Assembly (NCBI RefSeq): GCF_008000775.2
Contig: NZ_CP042905.2
Span: 900,001-932,000, forward strand
Length of the DNA stretch: 32,000 bases
DNA from: Promethearchaeum syntrophicum
Lineage (GTDB): Archaea; Asgardarchaeota; Lokiarchaeia; Sigyniarchaeales; Promethearchaeaceae
Direction of reading: 5' to 3'
Of the stretch, positions 1-9,709 are shown one piece after another. Position 1 is the stretch's first letter, and each line of letters begins with the position of its first letter. Below the pieces are notes generated by a model. It saw only the letters and a program-made list of their open reading frames with translations. It did not search any database and was not told the origin of the DNA. A program made the position numbers and the translations under genes.

Positions 1-264
1 CTCTTTGGATCTGAAGATAATGACAATATTATTTTCTCTTTTTCAGAATCTTGATATTCCAAAGATTCACAACTCCATAAATTATATCGATTTTTCCCCC
101 ACTTCGGAATAATTTTCGAGTACTGATTCATTTCTAATTTTTAGTTAGTGGTTTTCTATTTAATTTTTTGTAGCGAAAAATTAATAGAGTTCATAAGTTT
201 TTCCCTTGGTTTTTTTTTAATTTTGAATAATAAAAGATAAATAACTTTTCCAACTTTCTCAAGT

Positions 265-1452
265 GTGTTACCCCCCTTCGTAAGTTTCATCATCATCTTG
301 ATACTCATACTAGTTTTTTCAAAATATGAACTTGGAATAATATTACTCATAGGAGCAATATTATTTGGGTTATTAGCAGAGGTTGATCTTTTTACAGTAT
401 TTGCTAATGTATTTTTAGATCCTTCCGTAATTTTACTCGCAATTGCCGTTACCCTTATTCCAATCTTAGGTGCAATAATGGAAGAATCTAAAATGATGCT
501 GGAACTTATAGAGAAATTAAATATTTCAAAAAAATCTGCTTTAATGCTATCTCCTGCCTTATTTGGGCTTCTTCCGGTTGCAGGGGGTGCATTAATGAGT
601 GCTCCTATTGTAGATCAAGTTGACAATGAGTTAGATGTTAATAAAAAAGTGGCAATTAATGTATGGTTTCGGCATGTTTTTATCCTAATTTATCCCTTGG
701 CTTCAACAATTATTGTTTCAAGCGTTTTAACACAAATTCCCCTCTATACAATCGTACTTGTTATGCTTGTTCCATTTTTCTTGATGACTCTCCTAGGATA
801 TATATTTTTAATCAGATCTATACCAAAAACAGAAAAACATAATCATCGGGATCTTAAACGTGCATTTAGAAATTTCATTCCTATCATTATCGCACCTATT
901 ATCGATTTAATCGGTAGAAGTATTTGGAAGGAATTTGAATATGAAGAAATATTTTTGGTTATTGGATTATTTATAAGTCTTATTATTGGTTTACGATTCG
1001 CAGATTATGGCTTAAAAAGTTTGTTTACATTTGCTAAGAAAATGAAAGTATGGCGATTTCCTTTATTAATTATCGCAATGTTCTTGTTTTTGGAAGTTTT
1101 TATAGAATCAGGAGTTCCCGATCAAATAGCGTCTGTAGATTTACCCTTAATATTGTTTTTGATTTTAGCTTTTATATTAGGATTTGCTACTGGCCGGGCT
1201 CAATTACCCCTAACAATATTAATTCCGATCTACCTCACCCAATATGGGTTGACAGTATTTCCATTATTGGAATTTGCTTTACTCTATTCTGTAACATTTT
1301 TGGGTTATATTATTACTCCACTTCACCCGTGTGTCTCATATACTTATCAATATTTCAAAACTGACTATAAAAGTGCATTCAAATATCTGGCTTTACCTAC
1401 ATTTATTTCATTTGCAATAGCCTTACTTTTATCTCTAATTACATTTTTCTAA
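265..1452 (+). CDS. DUF401-family integral membrane permease-like protein
   Basis: 395-aa hydrophobic ORF with many TM segments; motifs such as LSPALFGLLPVAGGALMSAPIVD and the C-terminal TFLGYIITPLHPCVSYTYQYFK resemble the DUF401 (AF_0261-like) family. GTG start assumed. Confidence 0.75.
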   Translation: MLPPFVSFIIILILILVFSKYELGIILLIGAILFGLLAEVDLFTVFANVFLDPSVILLAIAVTLIPILGAIMEESKMMLELIEKLNISKKSALMLSPALFGLLPVAGGALMSAPIVDQVDNELDVNKKVAINVWFRHVFILIYPLASTIIVSSVLTQIPLYTIVLVMLVPFFLMTLLGYIFLIRSIPKTEKHNHRDLKRAFRNFIPIIIAPIIDLIGRSIWKEFEYEEIFLVIGLFISLIIGLRFADYGLKSLFTFAKKMKVWRFPLLIIAMFLFLEVFIESGVPDQIASVDLPLILFLILAFILGFATGRAQLPLTILIPIYLTQYGLTVFPLLEFALLYSVTFLGYIITPLHPCVSYTYQYFKTDYKSAFKYLALPTFISFAIALLLSLITFF

Positions 1453-1524
1453 TTACATTTCTTTTTTAAGTAAGTAAATTAAAAGATTTAAATAAGGAAA
1501 AAATTTCAATATGTTAATTACCCC

Positions 1525-1896
1525 GTGGTCGTAATTATGCCTCCTACAAAAAAAAAATCGACTCAAAAAAAACGAACTAGTGGAAAACGTTCAAACTGGA
1601 AAAATCTCAAGCGAGATTCTCGAGGTCGATGGATTTCATCAAAAATAACCAAAACAACAATTGTTAAGAAAAAAAAATTTCCCAAAAAGGATTTAAAGAA
1701 GAAATCTAGTGATATTAAAGAGGAAAAAAAAGTAACTAAAATTCTAAGTCAAATGGAGCAAAATTTTGCAGTCGATTGTCCACGGTGTTCCGGCGATTTA
1801 AAACGTGTTAGAATTCGGTGCGGACCTGATCGATTAATTACTGTAAATAAATGTATTATTTGTAACTATTGGATACCATTAAGTGAAGATAAATAA
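1525..1896 (+). CDS. Small protein with a Lys/Arg-rich N-terminus and a C-terminal zinc ribbon (CPRC...CIIC)
   Basis: Open frame of 123 aa; true start may be ATG at 1537 (MPPTKKKS...). Highly basic N-terminal ~70 aa followed by C-x2-C ... C-x2-C. Confidence 0.65.
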   Translation: MVVIMPPTKKKSTQKKRTSGKRSNWKNLKRDSRGRWISSKITKTTIVKKKKFPKKDLKKKSSDIKEEKKVTKILSQMEQNFAVDCPRCSGDLKRVRIRCGPDRLITVNKCIICNYWIPLSEDK

Positions 1897-1897
1897 A

Positions 1898-2452
1898 TCA
1901 AAGTGAATCATCCAAAAAGGGTTCCAGATCCGGATGATTTTGCCCTCCTTCTAAGAATTTCTTTGCATTATTAACATAAGCTATGGCAGCTTGTTCATTT
2001 TCTGCAATTATTGATTCAGGTAGATTTTTTTTTGGTTTTGCCGGTGTTCCAACGACTAATGTTAAAGTAGGAATTTCATTTCGAGCCGTAGCTCCTCCAG
2101 CTACTATTGCCCCTGTTCCAATTTTGCTTCCTTGTAATACTATAGAACTGATTCCTATTAGCGTGCAACGTTCTACAATACAAGGTCCATGAACCATAGC
2201 ACTATGACCTACAATAACATGATCTTCAATAATACATTCCGTCCCCGCTTGAGCATGTAGAACACAATTGTCTTGAATGGAAGTATTCTTTCCAATTTTA
2301 ATGGAACAATTATCTCCTCTTAAAACTGCCCCATACCAAATATTTGCTCCGGCCTCAATAGTAACATCTCCAATAATCGTTGCATTGGGAGCTATAAATG
2401 CTTTTGGGCTGATTTTTGGTTTTACTCTAGTAACTGGACTTGCAATTATCAT
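1898..2452 (-). CDS. Gamma-carbonic-anhydrase-like / left-handed beta-helix hexapeptide-repeat protein (YrdA/PaaY type)
   Basis: Hexapeptide repeats: PNATIIGDVTIEAGANIWYGAVLRGDNCSIKIGKNTSIQDNCVLHA...VGHSAMVHGPCIVERCTLIGISSIVLQGSKIGTGAIVAGGA. Confidence 0.9.
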   Translation of the reverse strand: MIIASPVTRVKPKISPKAFIAPNATIIGDVTIEAGANIWYGAVLRGDNCSIKIGKNTSIQDNCVLHAQAGTECIIEDHVIVGHSAMVHGPCIVERCTLIGISSIVLQGSKIGTGAIVAGGATARNEIPTLTLVVGTPAKPKKNLPESIIAENEQAAIAYVNNAKKFLEGGQNHPDLEPFLDDSL

Positions 2453-3378
2453 AATAGTGTTCCCTCAACAACCAAGTTGACCAGCCCTCCGATAGAAACA
2501 TCGATAACTCCATCAGACATAATTTGAGCCTTCGCCAATATTAGAGAAGGGCGTTCGATCTCATAACCTTGCTCAATTCGAATATCTACAATGTTATTGT
2601 CGAAATATTTATATTTTGCTAAATATGCAGCCAATCCTCCATTACTACTTCCTGTTGCCGCATCTTCAGGAATCCCATAGTAATCCGCAAAGACTCTTAC
2701 GTGAATATCATTTTCAGGATGCTCTGTTTCAGAACAGAAAACTAATATTAATTTAGCTTGGGTCCTTTGGATAAGCCATTTATATCTTTCATGATTAATT
2801 TTTATCTGTTTTAAAATTTCAAGGTTTTTTAATGGGACTAAAATTACTGGTAATCCAATAGTAACTTCTTGTATTGGGAATTCATTATCAATGTCTTGAG
2901 GGCTTAACCCTAATATTTTACTGAGTAGGACTGGTTCATAAATACGACCAAATTCAGGATTTTTTTGAGGTGATGTTAAACAAGGTTTATGTTTTGAAAT
3001 AAAATTGGAATCTCCTGTATGTTCTATTTTACTAACTCCAATACTTATTTGACCGGAAGGTAGATCGAGTAGAATTTCATCTCTTTGTTCAGGAATTAGA
3101 AAATTATTGATGATATAAGCCGTACCAAGTGTTGGATGGCCAGAAAATGAGACTTCTCTTTCAGGTGTGAAAATTCTGACATCATAACTTCCATCAGGAT
3201 TAGGTTGGTTTTGAACGAAACTAACTTCGGGAAGACTTAATTCACGAGCAATTCTTTGCATTAAATCAACTTCTAAAGGTTTTTCACATTCAATAACAGC
3301 TACTTGATTTCCTGTGTATTTTCTTGTTGCAAATACATCTACAATAAAAAATTTCATGTGGGGCATTGTCTTCTCCAT
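2449..3378 (-). CDS. PhzF-family isomerase/epimerase-like protein
   Basis: N-terminus FFIVDVFATRKYTGNQVAVIE, plus LSLPEVSFV, FTPEREVSFSGHPTLGTAYI and AATGSSNGGLAAYL are classic PhzF motifs. Its 3' end overlaps the start of the downstream hexapeptide protein by 4 nt (ATGA-type coupling). Confidence 0.92.
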   Translation of the reverse strand: MEKTMPHMKFFIVDVFATRKYTGNQVAVIECEKPLEVDLMQRIARELSLPEVSFVQNQPNPDGSYDVRIFTPEREVSFSGHPTLGTAYIINNFLIPEQRDEILLDLPSGQISIGVSKIEHTGDSNFISKHKPCLTSPQKNPEFGRIYEPVLLSKILGLSPQDIDNEFPIQEVTIGLPVILVPLKNLEILKQIKINHERYKWLIQRTQAKLILVFCSETEHPENDIHVRVFADYYGIPEDAATGSSNGGLAAYLAKYKYFDNNIVDIRIEQGYEIERPSLILAKAQIMSDGVIDVSIGGLVNLVVEGTLL

Positions 3379-3436
3379 TTCAATTATCTGAATATTTGAT
3401 ATATAAAAAAAAATATTCTATTTTCTTTAACTTTCT

Positions 3437-6400
3437 TTAGTTAAACAAATTAATTAAAGAACTTTCTTCATCAAGTAGGGGTAATTCATTAAGAATTTCA
3501 TTCAATTCTGATTGAATTGAATTATAATTAGTAGAAAGCGAATCAATAATGAAATATGCAACCTTTATTTCAAAATTATCGATTAGAATCTTCTTTACGA
3601 TTCCTAAACTACCAAGTAATGAATTAATATTCGTTTTAATATCGGTTAATTTCTCTTTTGCTTTAATTCGAGATAAGACTGCAAGTAAGATCATCAAACT
3701 AGCACTATCAAAATCATTTCTTCGTGCCATTCTTTTAGATAATTTTTCGTAATTAACCGCTGCATCTTGATATTTCTTATTATGAAGATCATCCAAGATA
3801 TCTTTATAATAAGCGCGAATCATTTTTTGTCTTTTTCCTTTAAATTCCTTGAATTTTTCCTTGATTTTGTTTAAATCCTCTACGAGTAGTAAAACCTGAT
3901 TCTTTAAAAAGTCATCTGCCGATTCTGAAATACTTTCAGGTTGAGAAATTTGTTCACGATCTGATTCTGGTTGCTTTTTTCCCTCTATACTCGAAATTAA
4001 ATGTTTAATAAATGAGGACTCCCAATCTAGAAGATGGAGTTTTATTTCAAAAGCAATTAATATTTCTTTTAACATATATATTGCAATAGATTTATTCCAA
4101 AAACGAATAAGAATGTCTAATAGTTGGATTTCTTCTGTTTTGGAAATTTCTTTATTATTCTTTGATAATTGGTAGATATATTTTTCAAAAGTCTTATAAA
4201 CATCTTCAGGTTGTCTGATTTTTAGTAGCAATAAGAATGCCATTACAATCGAATCTATTGAAAAAATTTCTAAATTGCGTTTATTAAGTTCATTAATTGC
4301 GTCTAAATAACTCGTGGATGCTTCTTCGTATTGTTGATGATATAAATAACTCTGGCATTCTCCCCAATATTTGTTTTCAAGAGTTTTCCTTTTTGATTTC
4401 AGATTCGGATTATAAACTAGTTTCTCAATCATTAAATCGTAATTTGATGGAATTTTTTTAACAGTTTCTTGAGTTCTGGTTGTTTTCTTTTGCATTAGGG
4501 CTTTTATATCCGAATTATCACCCAAAAGTGTTTCCAAAAGTAATCTTTCTTCAGGAAATAGCGCTAAAACATCAAATAATTTTAAAGCACTCTTAATTTG
4601 CTCAGATCTTTTCGCATTTATCATAATCAATGTATAATTTATTAATTTAATTGGAAATGTTTCAAAAAATATTTTTTTTGAGTTTGAGACATTGAAAATA
4701 AAACTTTCTAATTCTTTTTCAATTAAATCAATTTCTTTAAGGATAAGATAAATTAAACTCGCTACGGCAGTACTAATCCCTGCCAGTTCAAATTTCTTTG
4801 TAGTGATCAGCTTTTTTGCGATATCAGAATAAACTTGTGCCGCCTCAGAAAGATTTTTTGTGCTAATTAGATCAATACCTTTTTGGAAATAGCGTTTCTT
4901 TAAACCAATCCTCATTCTCAATAGACTTTGTGATGCCATTCTCTGATCTCTAGCTTGATTAGATAATTGAGAAAGCTGATCAGCATACATTTGCATTTGT
5001 TGCTTTTGTTGTGCTAATAACGCAACAGAACTTCCTTTTTCTTCTTCAATTTTCTCCATACGAGAGAAATATGCATCAAATATGTCTTGATCTTTAATTC
5101 TTCTATTATATGTTCTGGCTTCCTTTAAATCTCCTTTTTCTATAAAATAATTAACTATCAATGAAAGAAGAGAATCTAAATTAACCTCTTTTTCTTCAAA
5201 GTAACTTTTGATTACTTGTTCTATTTGATGAACTATATCTACACTTTTTAATAGAGATTCATCATCGCCCTTCTTTGCAATATTAGTGCCCAAATCTTTT
5301 AGGAATTCAATATAGACTTCAGAAAATCTCTTCGATTCTTCATAAAGTAGATGGTTACGATATAATTTTATCATCGCAGTCAAAATATTTTCAAATTCAA
5401 CCGAATCTATTGAATGTGAAATTTTTTCAATAGAATCCATGATTTCATTTATTTTTCGCTTTAAAAATGTACTTCTACGATTTTCAGGTAGAAAATGAAT
5501 TTCGTTGATAAATTTTCCACACATATCTCCTTGAATATAGATGTCAAAAACTTTTTCCAATACATCAAAAGATAGGATTTCCATTCCGATTTGGCGTAAC
5601 CAATCTGCTTGTTTTTTCACTAGAAGAGAAGCTTGACTAAAATTTTTATTGTATACTAAAAAATCTGATTTATCATAAATATCCTTATTCAAATCATAAA
5701 ATATAAGACCTTCATCCTTAACATAATCAAATAAGAAATCACACATTTTCTTTAAATCTTTTAATTCATATTGCTTGGTTTCTTTTTTGTATTTTTCTTC
5801 TACTTTCAAAGATGATTTTGTTAATTGTTTCTTCAAACTTTTTGATTGTATCTTTTTAACAATAGCTTCGACTTTTTGGAAATCGTAAGCTTTAATGAAT
5901 AAATGTCCCATTTGCAAAAGATACTGATCTATATTTTCAGATTTGACTTCAAAAGATTCCCAAATGTTATATAATTCATCTAAAGTTAGTTTAGCTGTAT
6001 ACACATCATTATTGTTTAAATGTTTTTCGAGAATTCGTTTTAAAATCTTAACAACTTTGTTCGCAAAAACTTTTATTGATTCAAATAACCCCGCTTTTTG
6101 ATATCTTTGAAAACATAAATATAATTGAGATTTAGCATATTCATCCTGCCCTATAGAGGATAAATAATCCGCAGATCCCGCTATATTTTGAGTGACACTT
6201 TCTAAAATCTCTACCATTTCATTATGATTGAATTTTTCTAATAATGTAAATGCATTCTGGGTTTCACAAGCACCTATCCAAGAATCAATTGCTAACGTAT
6301 AGCTTTTTTTCATTAATTCCGTATTAGATAGTTCAATTCGTGCCCAATTTCCCGCCATTTCAAATAATTGTGCCGCATCACCAAATTTCTTTTCTCTCAA

Positions 6401-7174
6401 AAGACGATTTCCTTGTGAATTTAACTTGTCAACATACATTTTCCGAAAACGATTAGAAAACACAGGATTAAAACTTGAAATTATTTTTGCTGCACTTAGA
6501 AATTCTCCATCTCTAGAATAAAGCCATGCAGCTTGTTCAGCATAAATTGTCCAATCAGAATTTTGATTTTTTTGAGCAATTTTTGCAATTTTTTCTACTA
6601 GTTTTCCTGCTTCTTTCCAATTTTGTTGCTCAATTTCATAATTTGCTTGCTTAAAGAGTGAAGGGATTCTCAACCATGCATTACTTTGTAAAATAATCAT
6701 ATCCCCTCCAATTATGCTTTCAGTAAGACAACTAATGATCATTTTCAAGATATTTGGACTTCCTATATCAGAGATACAAGCTTCAAATGGATAATCCGAC
6801 CAAATCCAATTCAATAATTCATTAGCTGAAGCATCAATAACTCTTAATTTGTCTCGAAAAATCACTATAGTATGGATATCTCTCTTCATTCCTTGGATTA
6901 TTTTCATCATTTCTTTAAAAATTTCTATCTCACTTTCTGAATTAGGGTTTAAAAAAAATAATATTCCATCAGCCATAGAAATTAAATTGTCATAATCTGC
7001 GTTTATGTTCATAGGCACTTCAAAAGTAAGGTTTACATTTTCATTTCCCTTATATTCCCACTCAGAAACATCTTCAATTGAAACGTTTTCAAGTCCACCT
7101 TGTTGTAAATATTCCAATACAGTTTCATTGTCACCCAAAACTAAAATATTAAATATATAACTCATTTCTGACAT
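3437..7174 (-). CDS. Giant (1245 aa) alpha-solenoid/TPR-like protein with an N-terminal degenerate small-GTPase-like domain
   Basis: N-terminus YIFNILVLGDNETVLEYLQQ...DGILFFLNP...IHTIVIFRDKL has the strand layout of a Ras-like domain but no P-loop Lys. The remainder is helical repeat sequence. Confidence 0.6.
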   Translation of the reverse strand: MSEMSYIFNILVLGDNETVLEYLQQGGLENVSIEDVSEWEYKGNENVNLTFEVPMNINADYDNLISMADGILFFLNPNSESEIEIFKEMMKIIQGMKRDIHTIVIFRDKLRVIDASANELLNWIWSDYPFEACISDIGSPNILKMIISCLTESIIGGDMIILQSNAWLRIPSLFKQANYEIEQQNWKEAGKLVEKIAKIAQKNQNSDWTIYAEQAAWLYSRDGEFLSAAKIISSFNPVFSNRFRKMYVDKLNSQGNRLLREKKFGDAAQLFEMAGNWARIELSNTELMKKSYTLAIDSWIGACETQNAFTLLEKFNHNEMVEILESVTQNIAGSADYLSSIGQDEYAKSQLYLCFQRYQKAGLFESIKVFANKVVKILKRILEKHLNNNDVYTAKLTLDELYNIWESFEVKSENIDQYLLQMGHLFIKAYDFQKVEAIVKKIQSKSLKKQLTKSSLKVEEKYKKETKQYELKDLKKMCDFLFDYVKDEGLIFYDLNKDIYDKSDFLVYNKNFSQASLLVKKQADWLRQIGMEILSFDVLEKVFDIYIQGDMCGKFINEIHFLPENRRSTFLKRKINEIMDSIEKISHSIDSVEFENILTAMIKLYRNHLLYEESKRFSEVYIEFLKDLGTNIAKKGDDESLLKSVDIVHQIEQVIKSYFEEKEVNLDSLLSLIVNYFIEKGDLKEARTYNRRIKDQDIFDAYFSRMEKIEEEKGSSVALLAQQKQQMQMYADQLSQLSNQARDQRMASQSLLRMRIGLKKRYFQKGIDLISTKNLSEAAQVYSDIAKKLITTKKFELAGISTAVASLIYLILKEIDLIEKELESFIFNVSNSKKIFFETFPIKLINYTLIMINAKRSEQIKSALKLFDVLALFPEERLLLETLLGDNSDIKALMQKKTTRTQETVKKIPSNYDLMIEKLVYNPNLKSKRKTLENKYWGECQSYLYHQQYEEASTSYLDAINELNKRNLEIFSIDSIVMAFLLLLKIRQPEDVYKTFEKYIYQLSKNNKEISKTEEIQLLDILIRFWNKSIAIYMLKEILIAFEIKLHLLDWESSFIKHLISSIEGKKQPESDREQISQPESISESADDFLKNQVLLLVEDLNKIKEKFKEFKGKRQKMIRAYYKDILDDLHNKKYQDAAVNYEKLSKRMARRNDFDSASLMILLAVLSRIKAKEKLTDIKTNINSLLGSLGIVKKILIDNFEIKVAYFIIDSLSTNYNSIQSELNEILNELPLLDEESSLINLFN

Positions 7175-7303
7175 GTTTCCCTAATTCCTCTGTTTTTCTA
7201 ATTATATTTCTATCTTAGTTTTAGCTATCTACTTTAAATAAATTTTCTAGGTTTTTAAATCAAAATATAAAAAATTTTTGAATTAAGGAATCAATCATGT
7301 CTT

Positions 7304-7723
7304 ATGGTAGATTATGAATCGCGCAAGTTAGCAAATTGCTTCATTCAACCATTTTCTCAAAAGATTCAGATTCCATCCGAGATTTTTGATGAGATTCAAC
7401 CCATTGGGAAGAATTTAGTTGCAGTTATTCCGGGAGAATCCAAAAAATTAACATTTTTCTTAACAAATGCAGATAAAGTACTATTTATCAAATTAATATT
7501 AGATAAATCAAGTTTGAACGAAGTATTCTTTACATCTTTAAGAGAAACAATGATTGAATTAAAAATGGAAAATCTTTTTTCAACTGGGGTATGCTTCAAA
7601 GAAGAAATATGTGTGTGGGAAGGCGTTTTTGAATTTGATCAAGGAAATTTTGATGAGATCCAAGAAAAATTTTCTAAAGTTACCCATGTAAAGACAGCAA
7701 AATTCGAAAAACTTCATATTTAA
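7304..7723 (+). CDS. Hypothetical protein, 139 aa
   Basis: Open frame, divergent from the giant solenoid gene and directly followed by a winged-helix gene. Confidence 0.6.
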   Translation: MVDYESRKLANCFIQPFSQKIQIPSEIFDEIQPIGKNLVAVIPGESKKLTFFLTNADKVLFIKLILDKSSLNEVFFTSLRETMIELKMENLFSTGVCFKEEICVWEGVFEFDQGNFDEIQEKFSKVTHVKTAKFEKLHI

Positions 7724-7744
7724 AATATTGAGTGATAAAAAAAA

Positions 7745-8422
7745 ATGGTACGCTATCGATCTGATGAAAAATTGTTTCTTCTCCATCCAACACGAAGAAA
7801 TATCTATAAAATTCTTTGTGAAAATCCTGGGACATATTTTTATAAATTGATGAAACAAGGTTCTTCAGGGAGTAGCGCGACATTATTATATCATTTAAAT
7901 AAATTAGAAGATGATGGGTTAATCACATCCGCAAAAATTGATGGAAAAAGAATCTACTTTCCAAAAAATTTACGTACACAAGAAATTGAACGAGCTTATA
8001 TGTTACTTAAAAATAAAAATGCTCTAAAGATCTTTCTGTACATTGTTAATCATAAATCTTGTTTTCAAAATCAAATTGCGCGAGAATTTAGTTTACATCA
8101 CGACACAATAAGACATCATGCAACCCGTTTAGCAGACGCGGAGCTAATTGAAAAGAAAAAGGAAGGTAAACATGTTTTTTTCAGTATAGGTCGTGTTGGT
8201 ATAGAAATATTAGAGGGATCTATTATCTTGTTTTCTGAAGCTTATATTCGATTTATAATTTCAAAATTAGCCGACGATTGTCATTTTCCAGAAATTGTGA
8301 ATCGAACAAGAGATCAACTAACTATTCGCGTTGTATGTCCTGGAGAAGACGATATCATGCTTACTATCGATATTTCCAATTGGGATGCGCAATTTATAGA
8401 AAATCCAAAAGAAGTTTTATAG
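7745..8422 (+). CDS. Tandem winged-helix (ArsR/MarR-like) transcriptional regulator
   Basis: Two consecutive wHTH signatures: LLHPTRRNIYKILCENPGTYFYKLMKQ...SSATLLYHLNKLEDDGLI and ALKIFLYIVNHKSCFQNQIAREFSLHHDTIRHHATRLADAELI. Confidence 0.85.
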   Translation: MVRYRSDEKLFLLHPTRRNIYKILCENPGTYFYKLMKQGSSGSSATLLYHLNKLEDDGLITSAKIDGKRIYFPKNLRTQEIERAYMLLKNKNALKIFLYIVNHKSCFQNQIAREFSLHHDTIRHHATRLADAELIEKKKEGKHVFFSIGRVGIEILEGSIILFSEAYIRFIISKLADDCHFPEIVNRTRDQLTIRVVCPGEDDIMLTIDISNWDAQFIENPKEVL

Positions 8423-8434
8423 CTGTGAATTAAT

Positions 8435-8887
8435 ATGCTATTTCCTCATCCAAAAGGAACAATTCAGTTGATTAAGGATATAGATTTAGATCAAATGAAG
8501 GAAATTTGGAATCAAAACTATTGTTTTTTGTCATCTACTGGAAGGATCCATACAACAGAAACAATAAACGACTGGTTCGAAAATCGACATACTGATTTTC
8601 ATGAATATTACGGATATTTTATCGATTCGATTCTGGTCGGTTTCATCATTATAAGAAATCCCAAAAAATCACTCTGGATAAAATTTTTAGCTGTAAAAAT
8701 AAGCTCCCAATCTCAAGGAGTTGGCAAAGCGTTATTGGATTTTATTATTAATAATAGCGAGAATAAACAAAAATTTACGGAATGTTTTATTGATAATATC
8801 AAAGCTCTTAATTTTTTTAAGAGATATGGATTTAAAATTGTTAAAGTTGATTCAGATTATAACGAATATACTTTAGAATATGAGTAA
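8435..8887 (+). CDS. GNAT-family N-acetyltransferase
   Basis: LWIKFLAVKISSQSQGVGKALLDFIINNSENKQKFTECFIDNIKALNFFKRYGFKIVKVD matches the GNAT acetyl-CoA binding and beta-bulge pattern. Confidence 0.85.
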   Translation: MLFPHPKGTIQLIKDIDLDQMKEIWNQNYCFLSSTGRIHTTETINDWFENRHTDFHEYYGYFIDSILVGFIIIRNPKKSLWIKFLAVKISSQSQGVGKALLDFIINNSENKQKFTECFIDNIKALNFFKRYGFKIVKVDSDYNEYTLEYE

Positions 8888-8969
8888 TTCTTAATTTAAT
8901 TCAAAAAACAGAATAGTTTTTTAATTATTATATTTGATCAAATAATTATTAATTAACAAATAATTAGTA

Positions 8970-9689
8970 ATGATTATGATTTCTAACCGTTCTGCTAAAA
9001 TTTCTATATCAACATCGCTAGAAACTATAAGCAGAAATTCCGATCTTGTTAAGGAACACCTATTAAGACAAATGCGCGAATCATTAGCAGTGGGTAAACG
9101 GTTAATTGGTGAAGAACTAACAGGTTTAACGTTAGTTCTCAAACCTATTGTTCTTAGTATGTATTCAAATTTAGTGCAGAAAGATTTGGAGAAAGGAACC
9201 ATCAAAACTATTAATCAACTTCTGAATTTATCTAAAAGCATGATAGTGGATGGTATAGAACTAAAAAGTGAGCAATTTTATAAACGTCTCACTGATAATT
9301 TTCCGATATACTTAAAGAATGATCAGACAGGGCGTCTTTGTAAAAGAAATCACATGAATTTTAAGCGATTAGAAGATAATTTGAGAAAAACTTTTGAAGC
9401 ACAGATTTGTTCTATCATACCCTTGCTCAAAATTGATAATAAAGAAATCCAAAACTATTACCAATTATGCAGAAGTGCTTTTGAGACTGTTGAAGAATGC
9501 AAATCTATTCTTAAGAAACAGACTGATGCTATGTATAATGCTCAACAGATTATTAAAAAAGATTTATCAATATTAGATATCCCAACAGCCCGATCGATAA
9601 TATTTAAAATTTTACGAAAGGGATTTGATATTCAAGTACGGAATTTTGATAAAGCAATTGAGAGAATTTATGCCGCCGATATGGTTTAA
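8970..9689 (+). CDS. Hypothetical helical protein, 239 aa
   Basis: Long open frame, predominantly helical by residue pattern; start codon uncertain (ATG at 8970 or 8976). Confidence 0.55.
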   Translation: MIMISNRSAKISISTSLETISRNSDLVKEHLLRQMRESLAVGKRLIGEELTGLTLVLKPIVLSMYSNLVQKDLEKGTIKTINQLLNLSKSMIVDGIELKSEQFYKRLTDNFPIYLKNDQTGRLCKRNHMNFKRLEDNLRKTFEAQICSIIPLLKIDNKEIQNYYQLCRSAFETVEECKSILKKQTDAMYNAQQIIKKDLSILDIPTARSIIFKILRKGFDIQVRNFDKAIERIYAADMV

Positions 9690-9709
9690 TTTTGTGAGAT
9701 ATCAATATC

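Noticed and set aside
156-350. 64-aa ORF at the window start
   Set aside because: Overlaps the start of the DUF401 gene and has low-complexity Lys-rich composition.
1050-1364. 104-aa ORF in another frame inside the DUF401 gene
   Set aside because: Entirely within a well-supported CDS with no domain signature.
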